Positions 40,289 through 49,140 of a stretch of 64,000 bases of DNA are shown here, piece after piece. Within the stretch, counting starts at the first letter, position 1, and every line of letters begins with the position of its first letter. The position numbers and the translations under genes were made by a program. The stretch is from an uncultured Candidatus Saccharibacteria bacterium (GTDB lineage: Bacteria > Patescibacteriota > Minisyncoccia > Phycocordibacterales > UBA2100): NCBI GenBank assembly GCA_964545165.1, contig CAZJEQ010000003.1, positions 52,990 to 116,989 of the forward strand, written 5' to 3'. The notes under the pieces were generated by a model that had not been told where the DNA came from, made no database searches, and saw only the letters and a list, made by a program, of their open reading frames with translations.

Positions 40289-41155
40289 CTATTTTTGGGC
40301 TTTGAGTGACTCAATATAGTCCTTGATGGAGTGTTCTGCTTTCCAGCCAAATTCTTTTTCGGCCTTCGTGGTATCACAGAGAGACTCCATGCGATTGCCC
40401 GGGCGCTCAGGCAGCATCACGATATTGTCGGTAAACATCTTGGCGACTTCCAAGACCGCAAATGATTCGTGCGAGCCGAGACCATACTCATCCCCCTGCC
40501 CTTTTTCGCCGACGAGCACGAGGCCGCGCGCGAGATCATCGACATGCGTAAAATTGCGCTTCTGCGTGCCTGGTGCGCGCACCGTGATCGGCTGATTATT
40601 TTTGTAGAGCGTCTTGAAAATACCGATCGCGGTCGCATACGGTCCTTCTGTCTCCTCGCGCGGCCCATACGCGTTGTAGAAATACGTGATCGCAAACGGG
40701 AGGTTGTACCAATGACCAAAATTGCGGACCAATTCTGTATTCGATGCCTTCATCCACGCATACGGCGATTGATCACGGCCCATGCCACCATCGGCGAATT
40801 TGGTCGATGATCCGGCGTACACGATCTTGCAGCCACGCTTTTTCCAATACTTGAGTACCTGGAAGGTGCCCTGCACATTGGACTCCCACACGGTGTCGAG
40901 ATCATTGAAGCTCTGCTCCACGCGTGAGTATTCACCGAGGTGGAAGATGATTGCGGGATTGAGATGCCCCGCGAGCTGTTCGATGTCCTTGGTGTGACCC
41001 TCGATGTACTCCGCTCCCGCGACGTGATTTTCTTTCTTGCCGATGAAGTAGTTGTCGAGCGATACGACGTGGTAATTCGGGAGGAGCAATTCGATAAGCC
41101 GCGAGCCGATCATGCCCGCGCCACCCGTGACCAGCACCGTCTGTTTCTCTGTCAT
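40289..41155 (-). CDS. NAD-dependent epimerase/dehydratase (extended SDR)
   Basis: VLVTGGAGMIGSRLIELLL... plus the YxxxK region. Confidence 0.8.
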   Translation of the reverse strand: MTEKQTVLVTGGAGMIGSRLIELLLPNYHVVSLDNYFIGKKENHVAGAEYIEGHTKDIEQLAGHLNPAIIFHLGEYSRVEQSFNDLDTVWESNVQGTFQVLKYWKKRGCKIVYAGSSTKFADGGMGRDQSPYAWMKASNTELVRNFGHWYNLPFAITYFYNAYGPREETEGPYATAIGIFKTLYKNNQPITVRAPGTQKRNFTHVDDLARGLVLVGEKGQGDEYGLGSHESFAVLEVAKMFTDNIVMLPERPGNRMESLCDTTKAEKEFGWKAEHSIKDYIESLKAQK

Positions 41156-41173
41156 GCACGAAGCCTACACGGC

Positions 41174-42517
41174 TTAACGGCTTTCATCAATTATGTTCCA
41201 CTCACCTTTCTTGGCATGTTTGATGGCATACACGGCACCGCATGCGGCGAGCGACAGCGCGAATGCCGCCAGCCACCAGAGATAGCTGCCAGTATCCACA
41301 CTGCCCGCAGCAGCAAGCGAAGATGACGCCACGATGGATGTTGTTGTCGCAACTTCCTGCGGCCGTGCCTCCTCATCTACTCGAGACACCGTACTCGGCA
41401 CAAACGTGCGAGTGACCGCCGGTGGAGCAACGGTCACCGCGACTGACGGTGCGGGAGCAAATGCAGCAGGGGCAGCGCTCAGGAGTTCGGCGCGCATGCC
41501 GTTGGGGTACTGCAGTTCCGTCTGCGGTCCCACGGTAAAGCCGAGCGTGCTGTTGGGAATGCGGAGTGTTTCGCCTTCGAGAATAACGGTTCCGTCGGGG
41601 AAGACGAATGACCTCCCGAACGAGCGCACGAGCCACCGGGAAATATCGATGTCTCTCCCCGCTTCATTTCCTATCGAGATTGATCCATCTGCGTTCACGC
41701 TGAAGTGCAGCTCCGCTGGCTCAGCAGTGACGAGAATGCGGTCCGATGCCGCCGAGATATGTTGCGCAATCGTAAGGACGACTACGTACGTGCCGGGGTA
41801 TGAAAAGTTATGGAGAACGCTACTGCCATCCGCGACCGTGCCATCGCCAAAATTCCAATTGAAACGCACATTGTCGACAATCTCTTGATCGCGATTGTAT
41901 GCCCGTCCGCGAAATTCTGTGTCGGCTCCCACGATGACCATACAATTCTCACCACCATCGGCAAAGACGGCTGCGACGGGTGGTGCCACATACGAAGACA
42001 CGATCGTACTATTCGATGATTGCGAAGATGCGGTTGTCGAGGTGCTGGTTTGCGAATTCGTATTCTGATTGCTCGATGAGCCGCTCCCGATGGTGATGAG
42101 TTGCGTCGCGGTCCACGTCGCGCCTGCTGGATCCCAGCCCGTGCAGGTCGAGCCCGGGCGAAGCGCGGCTTTGACGGTGAGCGTAACGGTGCCCGAAGAG
42201 GCATCGCGGTAGTAGAAATTGCGGCGGAATTGGCTTGTCGAGAGCGTGAGCGAGAGTGCCGAAGTAGGTGTCGCTGGCCACGAGCTCTCGTTGGTCGAAA
42301 ATTCTCCCGAAGCAGACGAGGAGGTGACCTGCATACACACGCTATTACCGTTGACCGCGACGCCAGCAGCATCCTGCGCTTCGATCGTGATCTGCGCCGA
42401 TACCGTCGATGGTGCGACACTCTGCACGTCAGTCGTGAATGCGATGTGATCAATTGCCGCAGCTCCCACGAAAGACGGGAGCAGGAGTGCGACGAGGACA
42501 AGAGAGATCCTCCTCAT
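41174..42517 (-). CDS. Cell-surface protein: signal peptide, beta-rich domains, Ser/Thr-rich linker, PKD domain, C-terminal TM anchor
   Basis: MRRISLVLVALLLPSFVGAAA signal. PKD motif WNFGDGT...HNFSYPGTYVVVLT. C-terminal YLWWLAAFALSLAACGAVYAI plus a KHAKK tail. The tracked TTG extension to 42646 is rejected. Confidence 0.65.
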   Translation of the reverse strand: MRRISLVLVALLLPSFVGAAAIDHIAFTTDVQSVAPSTVSAQITIEAQDAAGVAVNGNSVCMQVTSSSASGEFSTNESSWPATPTSALSLTLSTSQFRRNFYYRDASSGTVTLTVKAALRPGSTCTGWDPAGATWTATQLITIGSGSSSNQNTNSQTSTSTTASSQSSNSTIVSSYVAPPVAAVFADGGENCMVIVGADTEFRGRAYNRDQEIVDNVRFNWNFGDGTVADGSSVLHNFSYPGTYVVVLTIAQHISAASDRILVTAEPAELHFSVNADGSISIGNEAGRDIDISRWLVRSFGRSFVFPDGTVILEGETLRIPNSTLGFTVGPQTELQYPNGMRAELLSAAPAAFAPAPSVAVTVAPPAVTRTFVPSTVSRVDEEARPQEVATTTSIVASSSLAAAGSVDTGSYLWWLAAFALSLAACGAVYAIKHAKKGEWNIIDESR

Positions 42518-42591
42518 ATGTGCATTATGACGCACACCTAGTATGTGCAAGTGCTCATGGGGCATCGGATGTGGATTTTGCGAACCCCCTC

Positions 42592-42635
42592 CCCTGCAGA
42601 TATAAATACGCGGTCGCGTATTTATATCTGCAGGG
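42592..42635. repeat. Perfect 20-bp-stem palindrome ccctgcagatataaatacgc-ggtc-gcgtatttatatctgcaggg
   Basis: It lies between the stop of the TraD-like ATPase gene and the start of the PKD gene. No T-tract follows on either strand. CTGCAG occurs in both arms. Confidence 0.5.
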
Positions 42636-42687
42636 CAACACAGCAAAAGAACACAAGATCGATTTGAATACCAGGCAGCGCGGCCGC

Positions 42688-44607
42688 TTAATCGTTTTTC
42701 TGCAATATCTCTTTGAGCGTGCCGTGCGAGATTTCGCCATGGTGGCGATCGCGCTCAGGTGTTTCGGGGCGCGGTGGGCGGGGCTGCTCTTGACGCTCCT
42801 CGCGTGCCTGCTGCTGCGGTGGTGTATGCGGCTCAGATCGGGGCACAAAGGCATCACGCGCAGCCTGTTGCTCACGCGGTGCACGGTGCATCTGCTGCAC
42901 GGTCTGCGGTCGCGGCTGCTCGCGCTTCTGTTCCCGCTTCTCACGGAGCACATCGATAGGTGAGCGTGTCGGCATCGCGATAGGTGCAGCGGTGCTCTTT
43001 GCAATACCTTCTGCGCGCGCCTTCTCGATCGCGTCACGCAGCGAATTGCGCTCTACTTTCTCGCGCTCTGCACGTACTACGGGCGCCGGAGCGTGGGCCG
43101 TATCGCGTGGCGCAAATACGGCGCGCGATTGTGAGAGTGGTGGCGATTGGGTCACGGCGACCGCTCGCGCAAGGACCGCACGCGGCTCGGTCCCCTCGTC
43201 GCGGGGCCGCGTGCCATAGGCACTCCCTTTTCGCTCCTTCTTTTCCTTTGGGGGCGCAATAAATTCCAGCTGCTTATTGTTGGTCACTGCTTCAACATCC
43301 ACACGGACACGCCCGTATTGCGCGCGTGAATTCGTAACCACATCGTCACGGTACGTAATCGCCGGCGCCTCGATGGGCGGAATGGTCTCGGCAGAAAACG
43401 GCGCCGTACCCACCCCGTCGATCATGAGCGTGAGGTAGATCTGCCCGATGCCGAGGCCGACCAAATCTTCTGGGAGGAAGGTGGGCTTAAAGACCGTCTC
43501 GAGTACTTCGGCGTCAAACGGGCCCACGCGGAACACGATGAGTGTGCCGACGTTGCCGAACACGGCATCGCGCACCTCCTCTTCCATCTGTTCGATGTAC
43601 TGGTTGGCGAGTGTGAGTGCGAGTTTGTATTTGCGTGATTCTGAGAGAATGTCGGCGAAGGCCTCGTTCATCATCGACTGGAATTCGTCGACATAGAAAT
43701 AAAAGCGCGGCAGGCGCGCGAGGCGCGCTGCTGGCTCATCGGCGCGCGACATCGCAGCGAGATAGATCTTGACCGTGAGCATGGATCCCAAGAGTGCGGC
43801 GTTACTCTCACCCATGCGCCCCTTGGAGAGGTTGACGATAAAGATCTTTTTCTCGTCCATGATTTTGCGCAAATCAAACGAGGAGTGCGGCTGCCCGATA
43901 ATGTTGCGGATCAGCGGATTCGCGGTGAATTGACCAATCTTGTTTTGAATAGCCGGCGTCGCTTCGCGGGTATACGTATCGGTAAAATTCGCGAATTCGT
44001 CCGTCCAGAATGCTTTTACGATCGGGTCCGAGATCTTCTCAATCACGGCATTGCGAAAGGTCTTGTTGGTGAGCATGCGATTCACATCGAGGAGCGTTGA
44101 GTCCGGATACTCGAGCAGCGCGAGCAAGGTATTTTGCAGGATGTATTCCATACGTGCTGACCACGCGTCCACCCAGATACGCTTGAGCGCCCCCATGAGG
44201 CCAGAGACGACGAGGTGGCGCTTGTCGAAGCCGACATCTTCCATGACGTTGAAGCCGAGCGGGAAATCCGTATCAAACGGCGCAAAGTACACGACGTCTT
44301 TCACGCGGTGCTCAGGGATGAAATCGAGCAGCTTCTCAGCGGTCGAGCCGTGCGGATCGATAAAGGCTATGCCCTCGCCATTTTGGATATCTTGAATCGC
44401 CATGTTCTCGAGCATGGTCGATTTACCCATACCGGTTTTACCGATGACATAGACGTGCTTACCGCGATCTACTGCACGAATACCAAACATCTCGCGCTTT
44501 CCGCGCGTATGGGTCGTCGCAAAGTAGGTAATGCGACGCTCATCGTCGTGCTGATCCGGATGTACTTTCGGACCTGTATCGGGTGCATCATGATGGTCCC
44601 CAGACAT
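42688..44607 (-). CDS. Soluble FtsK/HerA-superfamily P-loop ATPase of the TraD/TraG/VirD4 (TrwB_AAD_bind) type, copy 1
   Basis: Walker A VIGKTGMGKST. Walker B YFYVDEFQ followed by ...LALTLANQ. No N-terminal TM helices. A long Arg/Glu/Gln/Pro-rich disordered C-terminal tail. Confidence 0.65.
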   Translation of the reverse strand: MSGDHHDAPDTGPKVHPDQHDDERRITYFATTHTRGKREMFGIRAVDRGKHVYVIGKTGMGKSTMLENMAIQDIQNGEGIAFIDPHGSTAEKLLDFIPEHRVKDVVYFAPFDTDFPLGFNVMEDVGFDKRHLVVSGLMGALKRIWVDAWSARMEYILQNTLLALLEYPDSTLLDVNRMLTNKTFRNAVIEKISDPIVKAFWTDEFANFTDTYTREATPAIQNKIGQFTANPLIRNIIGQPHSSFDLRKIMDEKKIFIVNLSKGRMGESNAALLGSMLTVKIYLAAMSRADEPAARLARLPRFYFYVDEFQSMMNEAFADILSESRKYKLALTLANQYIEQMEEEVRDAVFGNVGTLIVFRVGPFDAEVLETVFKPTFLPEDLVGLGIGQIYLTLMIDGVGTAPFSAETIPPIEAPAITYRDDVVTNSRAQYGRVRVDVEAVTNNKQLEFIAPPKEKKERKGSAYGTRPRDEGTEPRAVLARAVAVTQSPPLSQSRAVFAPRDTAHAPAPVVRAEREKVERNSLRDAIEKARAEGIAKSTAAPIAMPTRSPIDVLREKREQKREQPRPQTVQQMHRAPREQQAARDAFVPRSEPHTPPQQQAREERQEQPRPPRPETPERDRHHGEISHGTLKEILQKND

Positions 44608-44621
44608 GCGAGAAGTATAAC

Positions 44622-44733
44622 CTTGAAATTCTCAGCTGAGAATTTCAAGAGTTACACCCGGTCACACCTCTGCAGAGGTGTGACGTTGGGTGTCACCTTG
44701 GTCTTATCAGAGAATTTCAAGAGTTACACCCGG
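44622..44733. repeat. REP-like composite element
   Basis: Hairpin A cttgaaattctc-agct-gagaatttcaag at 44622-44649. Hairpin B gtcacacctctgcagaggtgtgac at 44661-44684. A partial second copy gagaatttcaagagttacacccgg at 44710-44733. Confidence 0.5.
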
Positions 44734-44765
44734 GCACGTCAAGTGGGAATGCGAACAAGCAACAA

Positions 44766-46334
44766 TTATTCCGTTGGCAGCGATGCTGCGGGCGCGTATT
44801 GATTGCGTACAAAGGTGATCAGTTTGGCGACATCCCCCGATGAATCTCGCGAACCGAGCACCACGACCGCCAGCAAGCGATTTTGTGCACCGATTTTCAC
44901 GTCGTACACGCCGGCGTAGGTCTCCCCTGCGTCGTTGGTCTGTCCGATTTTGCCGCCGACAAAGGTACCGGGAACATTTTTGAGCACATTGAAATTCGCG
45001 ATTGATCCAAACACAGGAGTCCCATACGCAGAATCTTTGAGATCGCCCGAGGTTATCGAAAAGACGAAGCGCCGATTCTCGTGAATATATTTGAGGAGCG
45101 TAAAGAGATCTTCCGGTGTCGAGAGATCATTCTTGGCTCCCGAGGGATCGCTAAAGAGCGTGTGCGTGAGTCCGATCGCACGCGCCTTGTCGTTCATCAG
45201 CGACACGAAGCGCTCCCTGCCGATTGAACGCGCCAGTGTCTCAGCTGCCTCATTAGAGCTCTCTTGCAAGAGGAGGAACAATAAATCGTACGCACGGTAG
45301 TGCATCCCCGCTTTTAAGCGCGGGACAGAAGTATACACAATCGCCTCGCGGGGCACGGTCACTTCTTTATCAAGATTAATGTACTCCGTCGCGACCAGCG
45401 CAGTCACGAGCTTGGTAATCGAGGCAATCGGTGCGGTAGACGAGGCGGCGCTGTTCATCAAGACGGTGTGATTGGTGAGATCGGCGACGATATACCCACT
45501 CGCACTCACTGCCGGCCCCTTGAGCTGGTACGCGAAGGGGTCACGCGTCGGTGCCTCGTTGTACACCACGACCGGCATACCGACCGTGGCGAGCGCGTAG
45601 ACTTTTTTCGCATCCTCAGTCGAGAGGCGGATGCAGCCGCCGGAGTATGTCGACGAGACTGCTGTGCCATCGGCATAGTACGGCCAGCCGTGAATGAAAA
45701 AATTCCCTTGAAAATCCATGCTGTACGGCATGTACACATCGCCAAACGACGAAAGATGATTTTCTTCCTTGGTCTGAATCTTATAGATGCCCGCCGGCGT
45801 CTCCCACCACGAGCCCACCTTACCCTTGGCACCAATCGGTACTTCGAGTGCCGGTGCGCCATCGATATATACGGTGAGCCGCATTGCAGAGAGATTCGCA
45901 TCGACAAACGACGCCTTGGCACTGACGAGCGATTCGATGGTCTCACCGTAGTACCCCGGATCAGAGAGTGCCGGCAACGCACCGTATTCGAGCGGGAGTG
46001 TCGTTGACGCGGTCTGCGGCACTGATATCGAATACACCGCCCGAGGATTTGCATACAGATACGAGGCGGCGGCCGTCGCGAGACAAGCACAAGCAATCGC
46101 GGCGTAGGTCAAAAGCGCGCGATTGCTTCGCGGCGCCTTGTCTGACGCCGGTGGCTTAGGGGGCACCACCACGGCCGGCGCGGGTGCTGCGACGGGTGGC
46201 AGCGGTGTCGTGGCCTCTCGCAGCTCATCAGCTGTCCACCCTTCAAGCGCCAGGCGCTCCGAGATCACGCCGTCCGCCATGCCAAGTGCGCGATACTGCG
46301 CGATGCGCACAGCGAGATCTTCGACGCGTGTCAT
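44766..46334 (-). CDS. Bifunctional-looking cell-wall enzyme: N-terminal L,D-transpeptidase (YkuD) + C-terminal D-Ala-D-Ala carboxypeptidase (S11/PBP5-like), N-terminal TM anchor
   Basis: YkuD catalytic motif HGWPYY...SGGCIRL. SxxK (SITKLV) and SxN (SSN) motifs with a KTG-like GGKIGQT. Confidence 0.65.
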   Translation of the reverse strand: MTRVEDLAVRIAQYRALGMADGVISERLALEGWTADELREATTPLPPVAAPAPAVVVPPKPPASDKAPRSNRALLTYAAIACACLATAAASYLYANPRAVYSISVPQTASTTLPLEYGALPALSDPGYYGETIESLVSAKASFVDANLSAMRLTVYIDGAPALEVPIGAKGKVGSWWETPAGIYKIQTKEENHLSSFGDVYMPYSMDFQGNFFIHGWPYYADGTAVSSTYSGGCIRLSTEDAKKVYALATVGMPVVVYNEAPTRDPFAYQLKGPAVSASGYIVADLTNHTVLMNSAASSTAPIASITKLVTALVATEYINLDKEVTVPREAIVYTSVPRLKAGMHYRAYDLLFLLLQESSNEAAETLARSIGRERFVSLMNDKARAIGLTHTLFSDPSGAKNDLSTPEDLFTLLKYIHENRRFVFSITSGDLKDSAYGTPVFGSIANFNVLKNVPGTFVGGKIGQTNDAGETYAGVYDVKIGAQNRLLAVVVLGSRDSSGDVAKLITFVRNQYAPAASLPTE

Positions 46335-46426
46335 GCCCCGATTTTATCATCCATCTCGAGGAATCTGGATAAAATCGATGAGGTGCAGCGTTCATGAACG
46401 CCTGAGTGGAGTGGTACCTGTAATGT

Positions 46427-47560
46427 CTATTGGTACTGAATGTAGAGGGGCTGTGGCGATAGCTTCAACAGTTCACTCGGCTGGAACATACCGGTCGACG
46501 GAGCGAAGAGATCGTTCTTATAGAAGAGCTTAAACCCGGTGAACTGCACAGGCTCTGGCACGATGACACGGGTATAAGTGCCGATCTTTTTGGCTTTGTC
46601 GCCCCAGCCGTCCATGTCCATCACAATCTGTACTTCCGGGAGCGGCTTAATGAGTCTGGTGTTGGTCACCATGTCCTGTGTAAAGCGGTGCACGATGAGA
46701 ATTTTTGGCGGGAGGTTATTCTCGCGCACCAATCGCGCCAGATATTCTGCAGCAAAATTAATATCCGCCGCATCAAACGAGCCAATCACACGCCCTGGCG
46801 GCGCTCCTGTTTTCATCGAGAACTCCGGATCCACACCAAGATGGACCTTCGGATTCTTGAGGTACTCCTCGTAGTGCGGCAATTCTTTCTGCAGTGTCGA
46901 GAGTCCCACCTGGAAATCGATAAACACGATGCCGTCGATCTTCTCTGCAATCGCGAGTGCTTTATCGATCTGGTCATCCGGCATGCGCAGCGTATACATG
47001 CCGTCTTTTTGCGGGAGGCTCTGCGCGGTTGTCACGATGTAATGAATAGCGGGGATGACCGGTGTCTTGGGATCCGCCGCTTCCCACTTCGCAACTTCCG
47101 CGCGCAATTTCTCGAGCATGACCGGCTCATCGTATTCGCCGAGCACGCCCATGCCACGCGAATAGAAATTGCCGTAGTACGCGACGATGCGATTAAACGG
47201 TAGGAGCGCACCTACGTTCGGATATGGTGCATTTTTGACCGGCCATTTGATCGCCGCTTTTTGCGCAGCAGAAGCGGTGGTCGATGCGAGGAGCGCGAGC
47301 GTCGTCGAGCTGAGATTGGCATTGGCGAGCAGCTTGGCGTCGTAGGCTTCACGATCAAGCTCAGGCGCACGCGGCTTGAGCGGTGTCGTAAATTGCCCCG
47401 TCGACGATGCACTGGCTCCCGTGCGATCAAAATTGACCGCATTGCCAAACATCAACGGTCCGAAAAAAACATAGATGAGAGATATCGCGAGCAGCGCCAC
47501 GCCGACATAGATGCCGAAGCGTGCTCCGCGATGCATCTCACGCTTTGATGCACGTGCCAT
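46427..47560 (-). CDS. Membrane-anchored hypothetical protein (possible glycoside-hydrolase-like TIM-barrel, DUF4015-like)
   Basis: N-terminal TM. Recognised from memory only. Start set at internal M29. Confidence 0.35.
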   Translation of the reverse strand: MARASKREMHRGARFGIYVGVALLAISLIYVFFGPLMFGNAVNFDRTGASASSTGQFTTPLKPRAPELDREAYDAKLLANANLSSTTLALLASTTASAAQKAAIKWPVKNAPYPNVGALLPFNRIVAYYGNFYSRGMGVLGEYDEPVMLEKLRAEVAKWEAADPKTPVIPAIHYIVTTAQSLPQKDGMYTLRMPDDQIDKALAIAEKIDGIVFIDFQVGLSTLQKELPHYEEYLKNPKVHLGVDPEFSMKTGAPPGRVIGSFDAADINFAAEYLARLVRENNLPPKILIVHRFTQDMVTNTRLIKPLPEVQIVMDMDGWGDKAKKIGTYTRVIVPEPVQFTGFKLFYKNDLFAPSTGMFQPSELLKLSPQPLYIQYQ

Positions 47561-47561
47561 G

Positions 47562-47759
47562 CTATTCGAGCGTGGTGTCTTCTTTGTGTGAGTGAGGTGC
47601 GCGCAAAATGCCAGCGCGACGACGTACCGCAATACCGAGGCCAATGACGATCACGCCGAGGATAAAGAAAATAACCGTGTCCCAACTGCTGGGGAAGCCG
47701 AGAAACGGAAGCAGTGCGACCAAGGCGCCTGCGAGCATGATGAGCGTATCGAGTGTCAT
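47562..47759 (-). CDS. Small 2-TM membrane protein (65 aa)
   Basis: Strongly hydrophobic. Its stop abuts the start of the downstream gene. Confidence 0.4.
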   Translation of the reverse strand: MTLDTLIMLAGALVALLPFLGFPSSWDTVIFFILGVIVIGLGIAVRRRAGILRAPHSHKEDTTLE

Positions 47760-47772
47760 GCCCGCAGTATAA

Positions 47773-47843
47773 CCTGAAGATTCTCACCAGAGAATCTTCA
47801 GGGTTATGCCCGGTCACGTCCCTGCAGGGACGTGACCGGGCAT
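47773..47843. repeat. REP-like composite element, second locus
   Basis: Hairpin A cctgaagattctc-acca-gagaatcttcagg at 47773-47802. Hairpin B atgcccggtcacgtccctgcagggacgtgaccgggcat at 47806-47843. Same architecture as at 44622-44684. Confidence 0.5.
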
Positions 47844-47849
47844 AGCAAA

Positions 47850-48542
47850 CTACTTTTCGACTATCACGACAAATTCGCCGCGCACGGCGCCGCGCTTCTT
47901 GAGCGATTTGGCGATTTCGAGTGGCTCGCCCGATACAAATTCTTCATGGAGCTTGGTGATTTCGCGCGCGATTGCAACTTTCTCGATACCGGCTTTGGCG
48001 AGCTCCTGCAGTAATTTCTCGATGCGGTGAGGGGATTCGAAGAGGACGACCGTGTATTCACTCGCGGCAATCTTCTTGATCGCGGTCTGTCTCCCCTTTT
48101 TGTGCGGCAAAAATCCGAGGAAGGTAAAGGCGTCACTTGCGAGTCCCGCGATCGAGAGTGCGGCGGTAACTGACGATGCTCCCGGCACCGCATCGATCAC
48201 GATCTCGGGCAGGTGCTCGCGCACATATGCGATGAGTCGCGCGCCCGGATCAGAGATACCCGGTGTGCCTGCGTCGGAGACGAGGACCACATGGTCACCC
48301 GCCTCGAGTCGCGCGCAGATTTCCTTCATTTTCTTGCTCTCGGTCGCCGCATCCATGCGCTGCACGGAGGTGCGGATACCGTAATGCGCGAGGAGCTTGG
48401 AGATGACACGCGTGTCTTCCGCATATATCACCGTCGCCTCCTTCAAATTCCAAAGGCCACGAAAGGTCATGTCACCCATGTTGCCGATGGGTGTGGCTAC
48501 GACGGAGAGTTTGCCCTGCGTTTCTTCTGAGTGCTCACTCAT
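47850..48542 (-). CDS. rsmI: 16S rRNA (cytidine1402-2'-O)-methyltransferase
   Basis: KLSVVATPIGNMGDMTFRGL...VSDAGTPGISDPG matches RsmI. Confidence 0.9.
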   Translation of the reverse strand: MSEHSEETQGKLSVVATPIGNMGDMTFRGLWNLKEATVIYAEDTRVISKLLAHYGIRTSVQRMDAATESKKMKEICARLEAGDHVVLVSDAGTPGISDPGARLIAYVREHLPEIVIDAVPGASSVTAALSIAGLASDAFTFLGFLPHKKGRQTAIKKIAASEYTVVLFESPHRIEKLLQELAKAGIEKVAIAREITKLHEEFVSGEPLEIAKSLKKRGAVRGEFVVIVEK

Positions 48543-48621
48543 GAGAAGACGCTACCATTAGACGATACGAATGTACATAGTCAAGGTTTTGTGGTACGGT
48601 CGTCGCGGCAAGGAGGAACCA

Positions 48622-49086
48622 ATGCCCACTCGTTACAACGACCACGACTGCTTGATGTTCGTCATGCAGGGAGACGCGACGCGCGTATTCAGCGTGTTCG
48701 ACCTGCCCGATAACAAGGGCGCGCTCGACGAATACGTCGGCACCAGGCTGACCTCGTACAATCTGTGCGACCACCAGGGGGACCTGAGCGACTACTGCGC
48801 CCTCATCACGTACGGCACCGCCAAATACTTCTTCTACGTGCGCGTGCAGGAGGAAGACAATCGGCGTATCGCCCGCATGTTCTTCGGCGAGACGCTCATG
48901 CCAGACATGGTAGAGAAGTTGCGAGCGTGGCGCGAAAACAGCGAAACCGAGGCCGCTCTCCGCAACAAGGATGTCGCAGGAGCGCACGCACTCGAATCGT
49001 TCAAGCGCGTATTGGAGCGCACCGGCATCATCATGGCCCACGGGTTGCCGGAGCATGCATACTTCCGTATCGCGCCCGCGCGCTAG
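48622..49086 (+). CDS. Hypothetical protein (154 aa)
   Basis: AAGGAGG sits 6 nt upstream of the ATG at 48622. Composition is rich in Tyr/Phe/Asp/Lys, unlike the antisense ORF. An intrinsic terminator follows. Confidence 0.5.
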   Translation: MPTRYNDHDCLMFVMQGDATRVFSVFDLPDNKGALDEYVGTRLTSYNLCDHQGDLSDYCALITYGTAKYFFYVRVQEEDNRRIARMFFGETLMPDMVEKLRAWRENSETEAALRNKDVAGAHALESFKRVLERTGIIMAHGLPEHAYFRIAPAR

Positions 49087-49107
49087 CGCGATGCGCCCCG
49101 ATCATGG

Positions 49108-49140
49108 ACGGCCCGTTTTCACGGGCCGTTTTGTTTTAAT
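49108..49140 (+). terminator. Rho-independent terminator (stem acggcccg/cgggccgt, TTTTGTTTTAAT)
   Basis: Seen directly. An A-tract on the other side could make it bidirectional for convergent murC. Confidence 0.65.

Noticed and set aside
42518-42646. TTG-initiated N-terminal extension of the PKD protein in the ORF track
   Set aside because: The extension would run through a perfect 20-bp-stem palindrome. The internal ATG gives a textbook signal peptide (MRRISLVLVALLLP...).
42688-44607. Conjugative element or prophage around the VirD4-like genes
   Set aside because: No integrase, relaxase, VirB4, pilin, capsid or terminase genes are present. The flanking genes are cell-wall and housekeeping functions. 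The tandem-HTH 'excisionase-type' domains at 1-810 are in a membrane protein, not next to an integrase.
807-46363. Recurrence of the 8-9-mer CCATCTCG(G) at 807, 2673 and 46356 as a regulon signature
   Set aside because: For an 8-mer in 128 kb of two-strand GC-rich sequence, 2-3 chance hits are expected. Only the dense palindromic array at 2641-2701 is reported as a candidate site.
48535-49056. 173-aa minus-strand ORF overlapping the 48622..49086 plus-strand gene
   Set aside because: The plus-strand frame has a strong SD (AAGGAGG), a downstream intrinsic terminator and a more protein-like composition. The minus frame is Ala/Val/Arg-rich.
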